Below, in pieces: positions 52,605-64,000 of a stretch of DNA of 64,000 nt. Made by a program: the position numbers and the translations under genes. The notes below the pieces were generated by a model. That model searched no databases and was not told the DNA's origin. It worked only from the letters and a program-made list of their open reading frames with translations. Numbering within the stretch: position 1 is the stretch's first letter; every line of letters starts with the position of its first letter. Source of the DNA: Eremomyces bilateralis CBS 781.70 (Eukaryota); the NCBI GenBank assembly GCA_010015585.1, contig ML975149.1. One strand, written 5' to 3'.

Positions 52605-54715
52605 TTAGACCGTTCTACCCCTACCGGGCCTAGGTGCAGGACGCGTATTTTCGCCCCATCGGATACGCTGCGTGGATGGTCGGAGCGGCTTCTCATCGTC
52701 CTCGCCGTCGAAACTGTCCCAAGTAGAAGACTGGTTGATGCCGAGAACGACGTTATCAGGGAACGTTGGACGCGAGAAACGGTTGTACTGGATGAATGTG
52801 TCACCCGTTGGACCTTGAACGGAGTTCCGGGGTGGTGAGATTTTCAACGAGAGGCGCTTGAGTTCCACTGCGTCCTCTTGGATGGGCTTAACGCCCATCC
52901 AAGAATAGATCAGGTTAAGGGCAGGGATCGACAACCCGTGGACGACGATGGAGAAGAGAACAAGCCAGTAGACGATAGGTCCGATGGCGGCTTGAATGCT
53001 GTTCTCTTCTTTGTCGCCTTTGCCCAGTTCAGGGAAGAGGTGACGAGTATGCTCAAGGTAGAACACGGCACCGATGCCTACATATATTAGGGAACAAGAG
53101 CGGTGGCAATAGGAAGCGGATCTTACCGATTGGCCCGAAGTAGCCCATGAAGAGTGCCTCCTTGATATTCTTACAGACTCTCGGCATCAGCTTGTATGTG
53201 ATCAGCACAGCTGGGATGCGTCGGAGAATCAAGACAAGAACACCTAAAGCTATCAGGCGAGGATACGTGATGCCGGTGGTGTCTGGCTGATGGAACTCGC
53301 TCCAGGGTAAGATCGAGCCAATGTACATGAAGCCTCCGAAATTGAGCAACACGTCCACGCAAGAGTTGACTTCGTCGTGTCGAGCTTCGATTTCCTCGAG
53401 ATAGCCGCCATCCCAATTGAGAGCATTTCCAGCGACAAAGCACGCGAGGAGATCGTCGGTGCCGAGGGCGCCACAGGTGCCAACGATGAAAAGCCCCAGC
53501 GCAGTGGGCCAGAGCGCATAGCTCTCAGCGTCAATCCACTTCTTGCGGAGTGCATACTTGAGCGCCAAGCAGCTTCCATAACCGGTAACAATGCCATATG
53601 CCACACTCATGAGGACGACGTAGAGCCATGTTTCAATGAACCAGGCCAGAAGCGCCTTTCCGACCCCACCACCTAACCTCCCGACATCTGCCTCGCGCTT
53701 GAGGAGTGAAGAAGGGTTCATGGTTGGCAAGCCGGTAGCCATAGCAGTCGGAATTGGAGCAGCAATGCTCGTAAACGTCGGAGCGGAGGGTACACCGACC
53801 ACGGGGACTGTAGGAAAAGCGACGCTGGAGAATACTGGAGAGGTGGATATGCCAGAGAAAACAGCACTTTCCACTGCTCCGTCACTATGCACACCAGCGC
53901 CGGGGACGTTGGCATATCGGATCAGATAGACGGCAAGCATGAGGAAGGGGAACCCGAAACCATCGTTTGCACCAGCTTCGGAGGAGATGATCTCACGCAA
54001 GTCGCGGGCAACGAATTTATCGGCGAAAGGACCCTTTGCAATGGCTTGAGACAGGATCGGATCGGTGCAAGTCACGCAAGATCCGATGACGAGAGCCGCA
54101 AGCTGCGTAAAAAATGAGCATCCATATCCCTGGTTGTCTCTTGGAAAGGGGGAGGTACCAAGGTGAGATTTGGAACAGTAGCTATGATGCAACCGGTGGT
54201 ACAAAGCCACATGATGGTCATGATTGGAATGAGGCAGATGAACATCTCTTTCCACCGTGTGAGCTGGTATTTGGTTGGAAGCTGGTAACCAGCAATGACC
54301 AGCTGGACACCAATCACAACCCGACAGACACCCTTGAAGCGTGAGTCAGGATACTCTAACAGATGAGACGGCAGGAACATACCAAAGTGATGGCATTCTG
54401 TTGCTCAGGGGCAGCAACACCCCATCGCGTCGCATCGATGAATTTGGATGCAATTGGACCTAGTATAATACCAAAAACCACAGCGGGCACTACACGACAG
54501 CGTTAGGAAGGGTTGCCACAGAATGGAAGAAATAGGCGTGTACAAGCTTCCCCCAAGTACCACTTCATCTTTATCTTTGTTGAGATGAATCCATAGAGTA
54601 TAGTGAAGGCACCTGCCGGAGGCAGTCAGTGGCCAGTGAGCAAGATACGATCACATTATAGCAGACCTAGGATTGCCAAGATGACATTGAGCTCGCTCAC
54701 ATCGAGAGACGGCAT
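52605..54715 (-). CDS. Plasma-membrane Na+(K+)/H+ antiporter, Nha1/Sod2 family
   Basis: GVQLVIAGYQLP, CTDPILS, EAGANDGFGFPF, GTDDLLACF, FMGYFGPIG, SIVVHGLSIP. Confidence 0.93.
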
Positions 54716-56042
54716 GTTGGCGTCGGATTGACTTCTATCAGCCAGTGGTGTTCTCTACCCAAGTATCCAAAGAGTTCGAGAGGAATGGGTTTGATGTGAA
54801 TAGAACAAAATGATAGGTATGCAAGTGTATTCTTTGGCTGTCAGGAAAGACGGTTGTACCTCGTCCAGCAAGGCTATTCAAAGTACGATGGGTTTGTCGG
54901 AGTATATAAAGCAAACTGAGTATTTACAAAGTAAGAATGAATAAAAAGCAGAACAATGATTAAGGATAATCCCCACGAGTACAGCGAAGATCACAGTAGC
55001 CAGTAAAGGAAATTGACTGATCAAAATGAATCGGCCAAGGCTTGCTCATTCTTCATGGCACCAAGATCTAGAGATTGAAATAAATAGGACAAGCTCGTGG
55101 CTCTCGGCCTAAGGACGAACCGCAGCATTCAAATACAATGGCCGACGACTCCAGCAGGAACTTGGACACGCTGAAAAAAGGGTCTGTCCATGAGCAGAAA
55201 CGCAGATCAGACGGCAACTGGATCATGGTTAAACACCCCACGCGTCGAGACTCGAGCGTGAGGAAATACCAAACAATGCGCTTCTGGAGCATAATTTGGG
55301 GACAAGAGGAAGAATGAGAGAAGATCTCCATTAACCAAGCTCACACTATCGGATTGTTAAAGCAAGCTCCATCCCGCCTCGTGCCAGGGATCTTGGCTAC
55401 GCCTCAGATTGACGCTGAAGCGTCATGGAGCCCCTCCGCCTTGGAGATAAGACTTGGCCCTTGGGGGAGATAGGAGAGAGGGTGAGACGCGGGAGTGGGC
55501 GAACTTGAGAAAGGTATGGGAATTTGCCCTCGATTTTGTCATTCTGCGACATGCATTGGCGGCCAAAAGCATGCCAAGTGGGAAAGGGGAATCCCTGACG
55601 ATCCGCGCAACTCCGTTTGATGTTGGTGTCTCGGAGACTGGAGCCCGAGCGTCGATGGGCGGAACTAATTGGGGGAGACGAGTTTAGCAGTTTCGGCGAC
55701 CTGAACTCCGTAGAGGAAAGCAATGATCGTTGTGTGTGTGGTCTCGCTGTGTGCCCTATTGGGGCGGAATAAATAATAATACACTGTCCAGAAGGCAAAA
55801 AGTTCGGTACGAAACTACGAATATGGATACAGCGCTGCCTCCGCGTTGTCGAGTCTCGTTCAAAACCAAGTGTCAGAACTCAGATGGCAACTCTGGGCTG
55901 TAAAGACTCCAAATTTCCCAAGTCCCAACAGGCAACAATAAGACCCGGTTTCTAAAGCTTCTTGATCCGGGGCGATCGGCACAGCATTACTGTTTGCTTC
56001 ATTATTCATCATCTTTTCAAAATCAGCCCCCTTCGTTGGCAG

Positions 56043-56100
56043 TACTCGCACCCCACGCCCGTTAGTACCTATTAATACTAATAGGCGTGGGGCCCGAGTA
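56043..56100. repeat. 58-bp imperfect hairpin (25-bp arms, 8-nt loop) bounded by TA; possible minimal Tc1/mariner-type MITE remnant
   Basis: TACTCGCACCCCACGCCCGTTAGTA versus the reverse complement of the right arm TACTCGGGCCCCACGCCTATTAGTA: 21/25 identical. Confidence 0.7.
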
Positions 56101-56590
56101 GGGTCCTACTTGAGGCATCTTTCGACTTTCCTCCCTTCAGTTGAAGCCACATTCGTGGTGGCAGTTATAGTAAATCTGGGAACCGCTGAAGCCCCTAGAT
56201 ATGGTTACTGAAATCGAATGTCGTGGATGGTAAGCATGTATACAAAGTAAGTAAATTTTATTCAATCTCTCTGCACTCTAGTTGGTACGGTGCGACTAAA
56301 ACTGGAGATACACGACGACCATCGGAGGGTTGAGTAAAGTGATCATGCAATCCGCCACGCGTTCAGAACGAGGCAGGATAGAAACTGCACCCAATCCGTC
56401 CAGGTTATTGAAATGCTGCCAGAGTCTCAGCTACGATGCCCAAATAGAGTCTCAGAGCCGGAGACGGCACGTACCTCGCGCCGATTGCGAACGCAATGGC
56501 CTCCTTTTACCACGAATGGAGGCCTGGAAAGGCACCGTGTGGTACGGGCTCTGGGGGTTTTGCTCAAGAAGCTTTCATCGGACCGGTCAT

Positions 56591-57342
56591 TCAAATCGGT
56601 TTGATCTAACACCTGTTAGCAACGGCAAACCCAACCTCTTAGCATTGCGTGAAGTCGTGTACCTTGAAGTGTAGGGAAATGAGAGAGAAGACCAGAGTCT
56701 TTAAATCTTGGACGAGGTAGTAGAACACACGAAGGCCTTCGGGGTCCGCAGACTCGGTGACGTCCACAAGGGAACCGATCTTTGCAGTCTAGACGAAGTT
56801 GTCAGCCCTTCGGGTATCCGGAATCGGGTAGGATCGATAGGAGACGTACTTCAAATGAGATATGGTCATTTCCAATGCGAATCTCCAATTCCTGCCTGCC
56901 ATCCTTATTCTTCTGTGGCCACTTGGTGTCGTCTTCCTTCATGATCTCGCTCTCCTTGATGATTCGCTTGATCTCCGAGATCATGAGATCACTCACGCAC
57001 ACTATCCAAAGAAGCATCAGTCGTCAGCATGGTCCTTCCAGGAGCAAGTATAGCGAGGGACGTACTCTCTTTGCGAATGAGAGAATCATTTCGGTAGTTT
57101 GAATTGTTGGCATATCGAGCAGAGGCGCTTCGTCCGTCACCAAGGACGCGGAAATCGAACTCTGTGGTATGTAAGCTAGGTGAAGCTTCGAGCATGAAGA
57201 GTCGTATTCGTACCTAAGAATTCATGGCCAAACCGACCAGAATGCCCAGAACTGGAGGAGGTTAGCAGAGGCAAGCACGGCAGTAGAGGAGTGCCTACTA
57301 GTAGCGAATGTAGAAAGGCTCAGCAGCGTCTTTGTCCGGCAT
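56591..57342 (-). CDS. MAGO: Exon junction complex protein mago nashi, multi-exon
   Basis: [84 protein letters not shown]. Confidence 0.96.
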
Positions 57343-58057
57343 TGTTAAAATCGGGTTTGCAAGTCAATTTAGGCTAGATTTGAAGGTTGATATGCTACGC
57401 CCAAGGAACAATGTCTTATCCTTGATTCTTGGGTTGCTGGATCCTTGGATACTGGATGTGTCTGTTGTTACGGGATGGCTGGTTATGTAGTGCATATGGT
57501 GATGGATCATGGAGGTCGCAGTTTGGTGGGGAGTCCTGGCACTTGCTGCGTGGGTGTGGATGGTCGCAAGGCGCCAAGGCTACAAGGCGGCAAGGCTGCA
57601 ATGAATCCCTGGTTCCCTGATTCCACCCAGTCTGCTGGCTGGGGCTGGCTGCTGTCTGTCATACTGTCAAGGTGTCCATGTCCCTGTCGCACAACCAGCG
57701 CTGAACTTCATACTACAACCGAGACGTGGCCCAACTGCGAAGACGGTGATCTTGTCGAGTGCGTAGTTTGGCATTTATCATTTAAGGCCCGCGGGTCAAA
57801 CCATTCCGACATACAGAATTCCATTCATCAATGCTTACTCTGGACCACCTGAATCCCGATATCTCCATCCCACCTCCCTCTGCCTCTTGAGTCGCTCCCT
57901 CGACCCTCGACCGACCCCCAAGGTGCTGAGCTATAGGTCGGCAAGAACAAGCCTTGGAATATATACACCTCACACACGGCTGTCAACCGTCATCTTGCCA
58001 AAAAGGCATTGGAGCGAAAAGAACCTCTAGTCTCTTCACCCGCATCTCTCGCCCACC

Positions 58058-61000
58058 ATGGACAATTCCTACAGCATGGTCCACCAGGACAACACGGCGG
58101 ATCAGCCTACGCAGCAGGAGTTGAAGACACAGCTCGAAAAGGGGACCGATGAGACCAAGGTGGAGACCCTGAAGCGGATATTGACCATTATGCTCAATGG
58201 CGATCCTATGCCGGGCCTTCTGATGCACATTATCCGTTTTGTCATGCCGTCGAAGAGCAAGCCTCTTAAGAAGCTCCTGTACCTCTATTACGAAGCGTGT
58301 CCGAAGCTAGATGCTAGCGGGAAGCTACGACAAGAATGGATTCTGGTTTGGTAAGAGAAGAAGACAAAAGTCTAGCGTTCATGCGCTGACTGTACAATAC
58401 AGCAACGGGATCCGACTCGATCTTCAGCATCCTAACGAATACGTCCGTGGAAATACCCTTCGGTTTCTTTGCAAGCTGCGAGAAGCGGAGCTTATAGAAC
58501 CCCTACTACAGCCAGCACGACAGTGTCTGACGCATCGCCATGCATACGTCCGCAAGAATGCGGTCTTTGCGATCGCTACCATCTTCCAACACCTCGAACA
58601 ACTTATCCCCGATGCACCGGATCTAATTTCAACTTTCTTAGACGAAGAAAGCGACCCGACCTGCAAGAGGAATGCATTCGCGGCGTTGATGAGCATCAGC
58701 CACGAGAAAACACTGGAGTACCTCACTGAGCGCTTCGATGGCATCCCTAACGCGGATGAGCTGCTCCAGCTGGTTGAACTTGAATTCATCCGCAAAGACG
58801 CCATCACGAATGCCCAAAACAAGGCGCGGTACCTTAGACTGATCTTCGACCTCCTTGAAGCCAAGACGTCGACTGTCATCTACGAAGCCGCTTCGTCGCT
58901 CACTGCCCTTACCAATAACCCTGTCGCTGTCAAAGCCGCTGCAGGAAAGTTCATCGAGCTTGCAATCAAGGAGGCAGACAACAATGTCAAGCTCATTGTA
59001 CTCGAGAAAGTGGACCAACTACGGCAGAAAAATGAAGGCATCCTGGATGAGCTGACCATGGAAATCCTGCGGGTACTCACAAGTCCCGACATTGACGTCC
59101 GGAAGAAGGCCCTGGCTATTGTCTTGGAGATGGTCTCGAGCAAGAATGTGGAGGAAGTGGTGATATTGCTCAAGAAGGAGCTGTCGAAGACTGTGGACGA
59201 ACAGTACGAAAAGGTATTTGCGAGCTTCATTTTCTTGCAGACGAACAGCGACTGACGGATTGCACAATAGAACACCGAATATCGATCCCTTCTAATCCAC
59301 GCCATCCATCATTGCGCCATCAAGTTCTCCGAAGTCGCAGCAAGCGTTGTGGATTCTCTGATGGAGTTCATCGCAGACTTCAACAACGCCTCTGCTGTCG
59401 ATGTCATATCTTTCGTGAAAGAGGTTGTCGAAAGATTCCCTAAGTTGCGGCCTACGATCATGGAGCGACTGGTGTCCACGCTCGCTGAAGTCCGGGCTGG
59501 AAAAGTCTACCGCGGAGTCCTTTGGATTGTCGGAGAATACTCTCTTGACGAGAAAGACATACGGGAAGCATGGAAGAAAATAAGAGCCAGTCTTGGTGAA
59601 ATCCCCATTCTTGCTTCGGAGCAAAGGCTGCTGGATGAGGTTCAAGAAGGAAAGGAGGAGACGAAAGATCAAGTCAACGGTCACGCGAAGCCATCAGCCC
59701 CTACCGGATCACGACGCGTGCTTGCGGACGGCACCTACGCTACCGAAAGCGCGTTGACCAGCGAAGCAGCCAGCAAAGCCCACCTCGACGCCGTCAAGGC
59801 CGCCCAAAAGCCGCCGCTGCGCCAGCTTATATTGGACGGCGATTACTACCTCGCAACCGTTCTCGCGTCGACACTCACGAAGCTCGTTATGCGACATTCC
59901 GAGATATCACAGGATACCGCTCGCACGAATGCCCTCCGCGCAGAGGCAATGCTCATCATGATCTCCATCATTCGCGTCGGCCAATCGCACTTCGGCAAGT
60001 CTCCGATTGACGAAGACTCGGTGGATCGAATCATGTCATGCGTCCGATCATTGTCGCAATTTAGTCAGAGGAAGGACCTGGAGTCGGTGTTCCTCGATGA
60101 CACCCGCAAGGCGTTCCGAACCATCGTGCAGACCGAGGAGAAGAAGCGCGCCGCCAAGGATGCAGCCGAACGAGCCAAGACTGCCGTCCAAGTGGACGAC
60201 GTTGTCACTATCCGACAGCTTTCGAAACGAAGCACTGCGGATGGCGACCTCGATCTCGAACACGATCTGGAGGCGGCGACTGGCGGAGACACGGCCACGG
60301 ATGACTTGTCGTCCAAGCTCAGCCGTGTCGTTCAACTGACTGGTTTCTCAGATCCTGTTTACGCCGAAGCCTATGTCAAGGTTCACCAATTTGATATTGT
60401 CCTGGATGTCCTGCTCGTCAATCAGACCATGGACACCCTGCAGAACCTGTCTGTGGAGTTCGCCACGCTGGGTGATCTGAAAGTCGTGGAGAAGCCCACG
60501 ACACAGAACCTTGCGCCGCATGACTTTTTGAATGTCCAGGCCACCATCAAGGTCTCGTCCACCGACACGGGTGTCATCTTCGGCAATGTCGTCTATGACG
60601 GATCCAGCTCGACCGAGACCAATGTTGTGATCTTGAACGACGTCCAGGTCGACATCATGGATTACATCCACGCCGCCCACTGCACGGAGACGGAGTTCCG
60701 CAACATGTGGACCGAGTTCGAGTGGGAGAACAAGGTGAACATTAACTCGAAGGCGAAGACGCTTCGGGAGTTCCTCAAGAAGTTGATGGACTGCACCAAT
60801 ATGAGCTGCCTCACGCCCGAAGCTTCCATGCAAGGCGATTGCCAGTTCTTGAGCGCCAATTTGTACGCGCGGAGTGTTTTCGGTAAGTCCTCTACCCTTT
60901 GGCCGCAGACGAGACGCACGCTAACCGCAATCAGGCGAGGACGCCCTAGCGAATTTGAGCATTGAGAAGCAAGGCGAGAACGGTCCCATCACCGGGTTTG

Positions 61001-61071
61001 TGAGGATACGAAGTCGGTCGCAAGGTCTTGCATTGAGCTTAGGGGCTTTGAAAGGGTTGAACAAGGCGTAG
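58058..61071 (+). CDS. SEC26: Coatomer (COPI) beta subunit, 4 exons
   Basis: [78 protein letters not shown]. Confidence 0.97.
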
Positions 61072-61624
61072 CCTGGCGGCAGGAAAATTTGATAATCCGG
61101 TTGTTTGCCTCTTGTGCGGTCGAAGTGAAGCGATAGAGGCAGTACTGTAGGCTATCCAAGTCAAAATTATCGGGATTGTTGTCACCAAATGGAAGTCGGC
61201 CGACGAGCTGTTCAAGCACTTGGGTGCACGCCTCGTTGGGCATATTCTCTGGTGCAAAACACAGAACCGATCTTGCCAATGGCGAACGGTATCGTAGAGG
61301 CATAGAGATAGGTCACATATTGCCTGGACTATTGTCACCGAAGGGAAAATCAATCGACGATTATATGATCACTCGGCTGCATTCTTGGTTCTGTAGAGTT
61401 CTTTGATTCAAAACTTAATTAAAATCAATCTTGCTCACAGTAGTGTCGAGGCGAGGAAGCGGGTCACATGGATCATGATCACACGATGTACAGATAAATT
61501 TACAGAGTGAGTGGAAAGATTTTCATTGCTATCTACAGGTTTCAATCGACTAAGATTCTCTTCTGCACCCCGGTGCGTACCCGTCGAATCTCACACATCC
61601 ATCAACATTTCGAATGTGTCAGAG

Positions 61625-61946
61625 CCTGTCAGACCACCATCGACACCCACCCAGCAGGACCGACCGAAGCCAGACATCCATACCAGGTTGAGATCATCGC
61701 CAAGATTACCGAAGCAAAACTCCTGCCGAAGCAGAGAGTGCAGTGCCAAAGGGCCACGCCGGCATCACTCTTGGGCGTCGAGGTTATCGATCATCAGCCA
61801 GGTTGAGGATTCTGTGGCTTTTGTAAGAAGCTCAGAAGAAGACGTTTACTATAGAAATGATTCTATGAAGTAACTGGAAGGGGCAGTTAGTATTCTGATC
61901 ATCGTCGCATTGTTTGGGGGGTGGTTTGGAGGTACTCACAGTCGCT
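61625..61946 (-). ncRNA. U3: U3 box C/D snoRNA with a 66-nt spliceosomal intron (61939-61874)
   Basis: Spliced minus strand reads AGCGACT|TTACTTCATAGAATCATTTCTATAG (GAC box, boxes A'/A). Then GCCACAGAATCC, box C' TGATGA (61796-61791), box B AGAGTGA, box C CGATGA and box D CTGA (61632-61629), closed by a CCTG/CAGG stem. Intron is GTGAGT...TACTAAC...CCAG. Confidence 0.92.
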
Positions 61947-63473
61947 GAAGAATTAGAAAAAGTTGGGAGGGAGCGCGACTTTTATGTGCGAGGAGGACGG
62001 TCTGTGCGGTGTGTGGACCATTGAGCTAAGCTGTATGTGGTTTAGACTCATCACAGAAAATTTTCAATGTTAGGTAATGCGAACGCCTGAGGCTCCCAGG
62101 CACTAACAGCATCCCCTCCCTCTTCCGGCCAGGCACCGATATGAGAATACATATCAATCAGGATTCGTCATTCGAGTTATAACAGACGTATCATGCACAC
62201 CCATATCACGTCTATTTGCTAGTAACTCTGGTTCTGTTCTTTCAATGGGCAATCTCCTATTATGTCCATCAATGATCAACATGCCAGAACTGGAGGCTTA
62301 AGCTACATTACATACTGTGTACGTAGTACGTACCACCTATTCCGGATTCCGTATTGTCCTTGTCGGCAAAGAGCACGGTACCTGGCGATGTGGAGCACTC
62401 TAACGATTTTTGTACGAACTTCCAATCAGTCCTTGATTCCTTCCACCACTGCAAACCCTTTCGTATCCTACTGTCCGTATTTCGCTTCGGCTTTCTCCAA
62501 CTAATGACACCGCAATTTAACAATTCAGAAGAATCCCACTGTCCACATTATGATTCATGCAAGTGAAAAGGGGTTGGATATTGAAAGGCTAAAAAGGGGT
62601 CGCTCTCAAATCTCGCCAATAATGACGGGGTAATTCACGGCCGAAACCTACCCATGGTCCAATATCTGGTATCCTCCAACGTGAGCTTGCGCAAGTCGGC
62701 AAGTCGTCCCCGACCTGGTGCCGACGCGCCGTGGTCGGTGGCAAGCTTGCGAAAGTTGCGATCCAAGACCGATGGACAATCTCGGCGGGCGAGCGGGACA
62801 CAAGCGCCAACGAGAGGTCCGAAATGATGCTCCCAACTTCACGCCATCAGCAAAAGAAGCAATTGAACCTGGCCCCCTGCATTTTGCATGCCACGGGGCG
62901 AATGTGAATCCTGGCATGAAATATTGATGATGTGAAAGCCGGAAGGAGCATCGATTCTTTCAGTATCGTGCCTTGACTCGGTGACGGCGGGCAATATCAA
63001 GTTATCAACTACTGATGGTGATGACAATCCGATCCCACCACGTAAAATAAATCCCGAATCGTGGCGGAACTCAGAAGGCGAAGTGGACCGCTGGCCGTGG
63101 AAGTGTCCTTCAGGGGTAGAAAACCAAGGTTCTCAATGAGTTGGGCACTTGAGCGATGGAACCGGCTAGCGGAAGTGCGGAACAATAGTCCCGTGGCTAA
63201 CGGCGTGACGGGACGACACTTGGAATCATGGACACGTCGGCATGGAGCAGCGTCGCGACGATACGAATTTGAAATGCCGAACGAGAAATATTACCATGCC
63301 GATGAGGATGCAAAATATTACGGTATCACCAGGAAGTCGGTTTATGTAGAATTAAACGCTTTCATGCGGGGTCGATTGATGTGGTGTAATACCTAATCCG
63401 AATATGATCATGCCCCGGGTCCCAGCTACTTATGTACATGAAGGATGAAAAAGAACCATACGCTATGAGGTTG

Positions 63474-64000
63474 TTACAAAATGGCTGCGAACGTCATCGC
63501 GATACAAGCCAGGCTCAATATGAACCTTGGACCTGCCACCGATGCGTCACCTGTTGTGGCGGGGGATAAAGGGGACGCGTTGGTGGACGGGCAGATTTTC
63601 TCCAGATCAGCCCCGGCCATGTCAATGGGAATCCAGACCTGGTTGATGGTTAGCATTACGTTGGGTAACAAGTGCGCGGTGTCCAGGCGTACCTGAGGCT
63701 CCCCCTTTGTCAGAGTGGTCAAAAACGACCCATATGCGCCCGTCTTGGTCGTTTGGCAGCTCAACACATCGACAATCGGAAGGCCGTCTTTCCAGTTGGT
63801 GTCACTGATAGTTAACGGACCGAAGTCCGGCGCAGTGGACCCCTTATTTGTCACAATGGATACTAAGCTCATATCAAACCCTTTTCGAGTCGCCACGACG
63901 TTGTTGTCAGAATAAACGAGCTTGCTCTTGTGCCTCCAGTAACCATTATATTGGGGGCTCTTCTCCCACCTCACAAACCAGTTGCGCGCCAAGTTGATTC
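63474..64000 (-). CDS. Alpha-amylase (GH13)-like protein, C-terminal part only, with a probable GPI-anchor signal (gene runs off the window end)
   Basis: Fungal amylase domain-C-like YSDNNVVATRKG..VSIVTNKGS..DVLSC..GEPQ|VWIP..C, followed by an S/T spacer and a hydrophobic tail; intron ~63692-63639. Confidence 0.78.
   Translation of the reverse strand, partial: INLARNWFVRWEKSPQYNGYWRHKSKLVYSDNNVVATRKGFDMSLVSIVTNKGSTAPDFGPLTISDTNWKDGLPIVDVLSCQTTKTGAYGSFLTTLTKGEPQVRLDTAHLLPNVMLTINQVWIPIDMAGADLEKICPSTNASPLSPATTGDASVAGPRFILSLACIAMTFAAIL

Noticed and set aside
61507..61873. Plus-strand 99 and 120 aa ORFs
   Set aside because: They are antisense to the U3 snoRNA and have non-ATG starts.

Overview
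Gene-dense chromosome segment of a filamentous ascomycete (Pezizomycotina). This call rests on short GT-AG introns with CTRAY branch sites and fungal-type orthologues; it cannot be narrowed further from sequence alone. The window holds about 21 protein-coding genes, one pseudogene, an intron-containing U3 snoRNA and three small inverted-repeat (MITE-like) relics. Housekeeping genes (IDI1, Asi3-like E3, NBP35, F-box/UIM protein, SDR, Na+/H+ antiporter, mago nashi, beta-COP, partial GPI-type alpha-amylase) are interleaved with three accessory-looking modules. (1) A candidate terpenoid cluster at ~11-22 kb: IDI1, PTH11-like membrane protein, hemerythrin, an intact class I terpene synthase, and a divergently transcribed P450 whose I-helix lacks the usual acid-alcohol pair. 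(2) A secreted-enzyme block at ~32.7-38.7 kb: AA9 LPMO, a bacterial-looking EEP/DNase I-fold enzyme and a lytic-transglycosylase/lysozyme-fold protein. (3) A divergent sulfonate transporter/TauD pair at ~42.6-49 kb with a TSD-flanked insertion in the shared promoter. Exon boundaries were spliced by eye and family calls come from motif recognition; no database searches were run.
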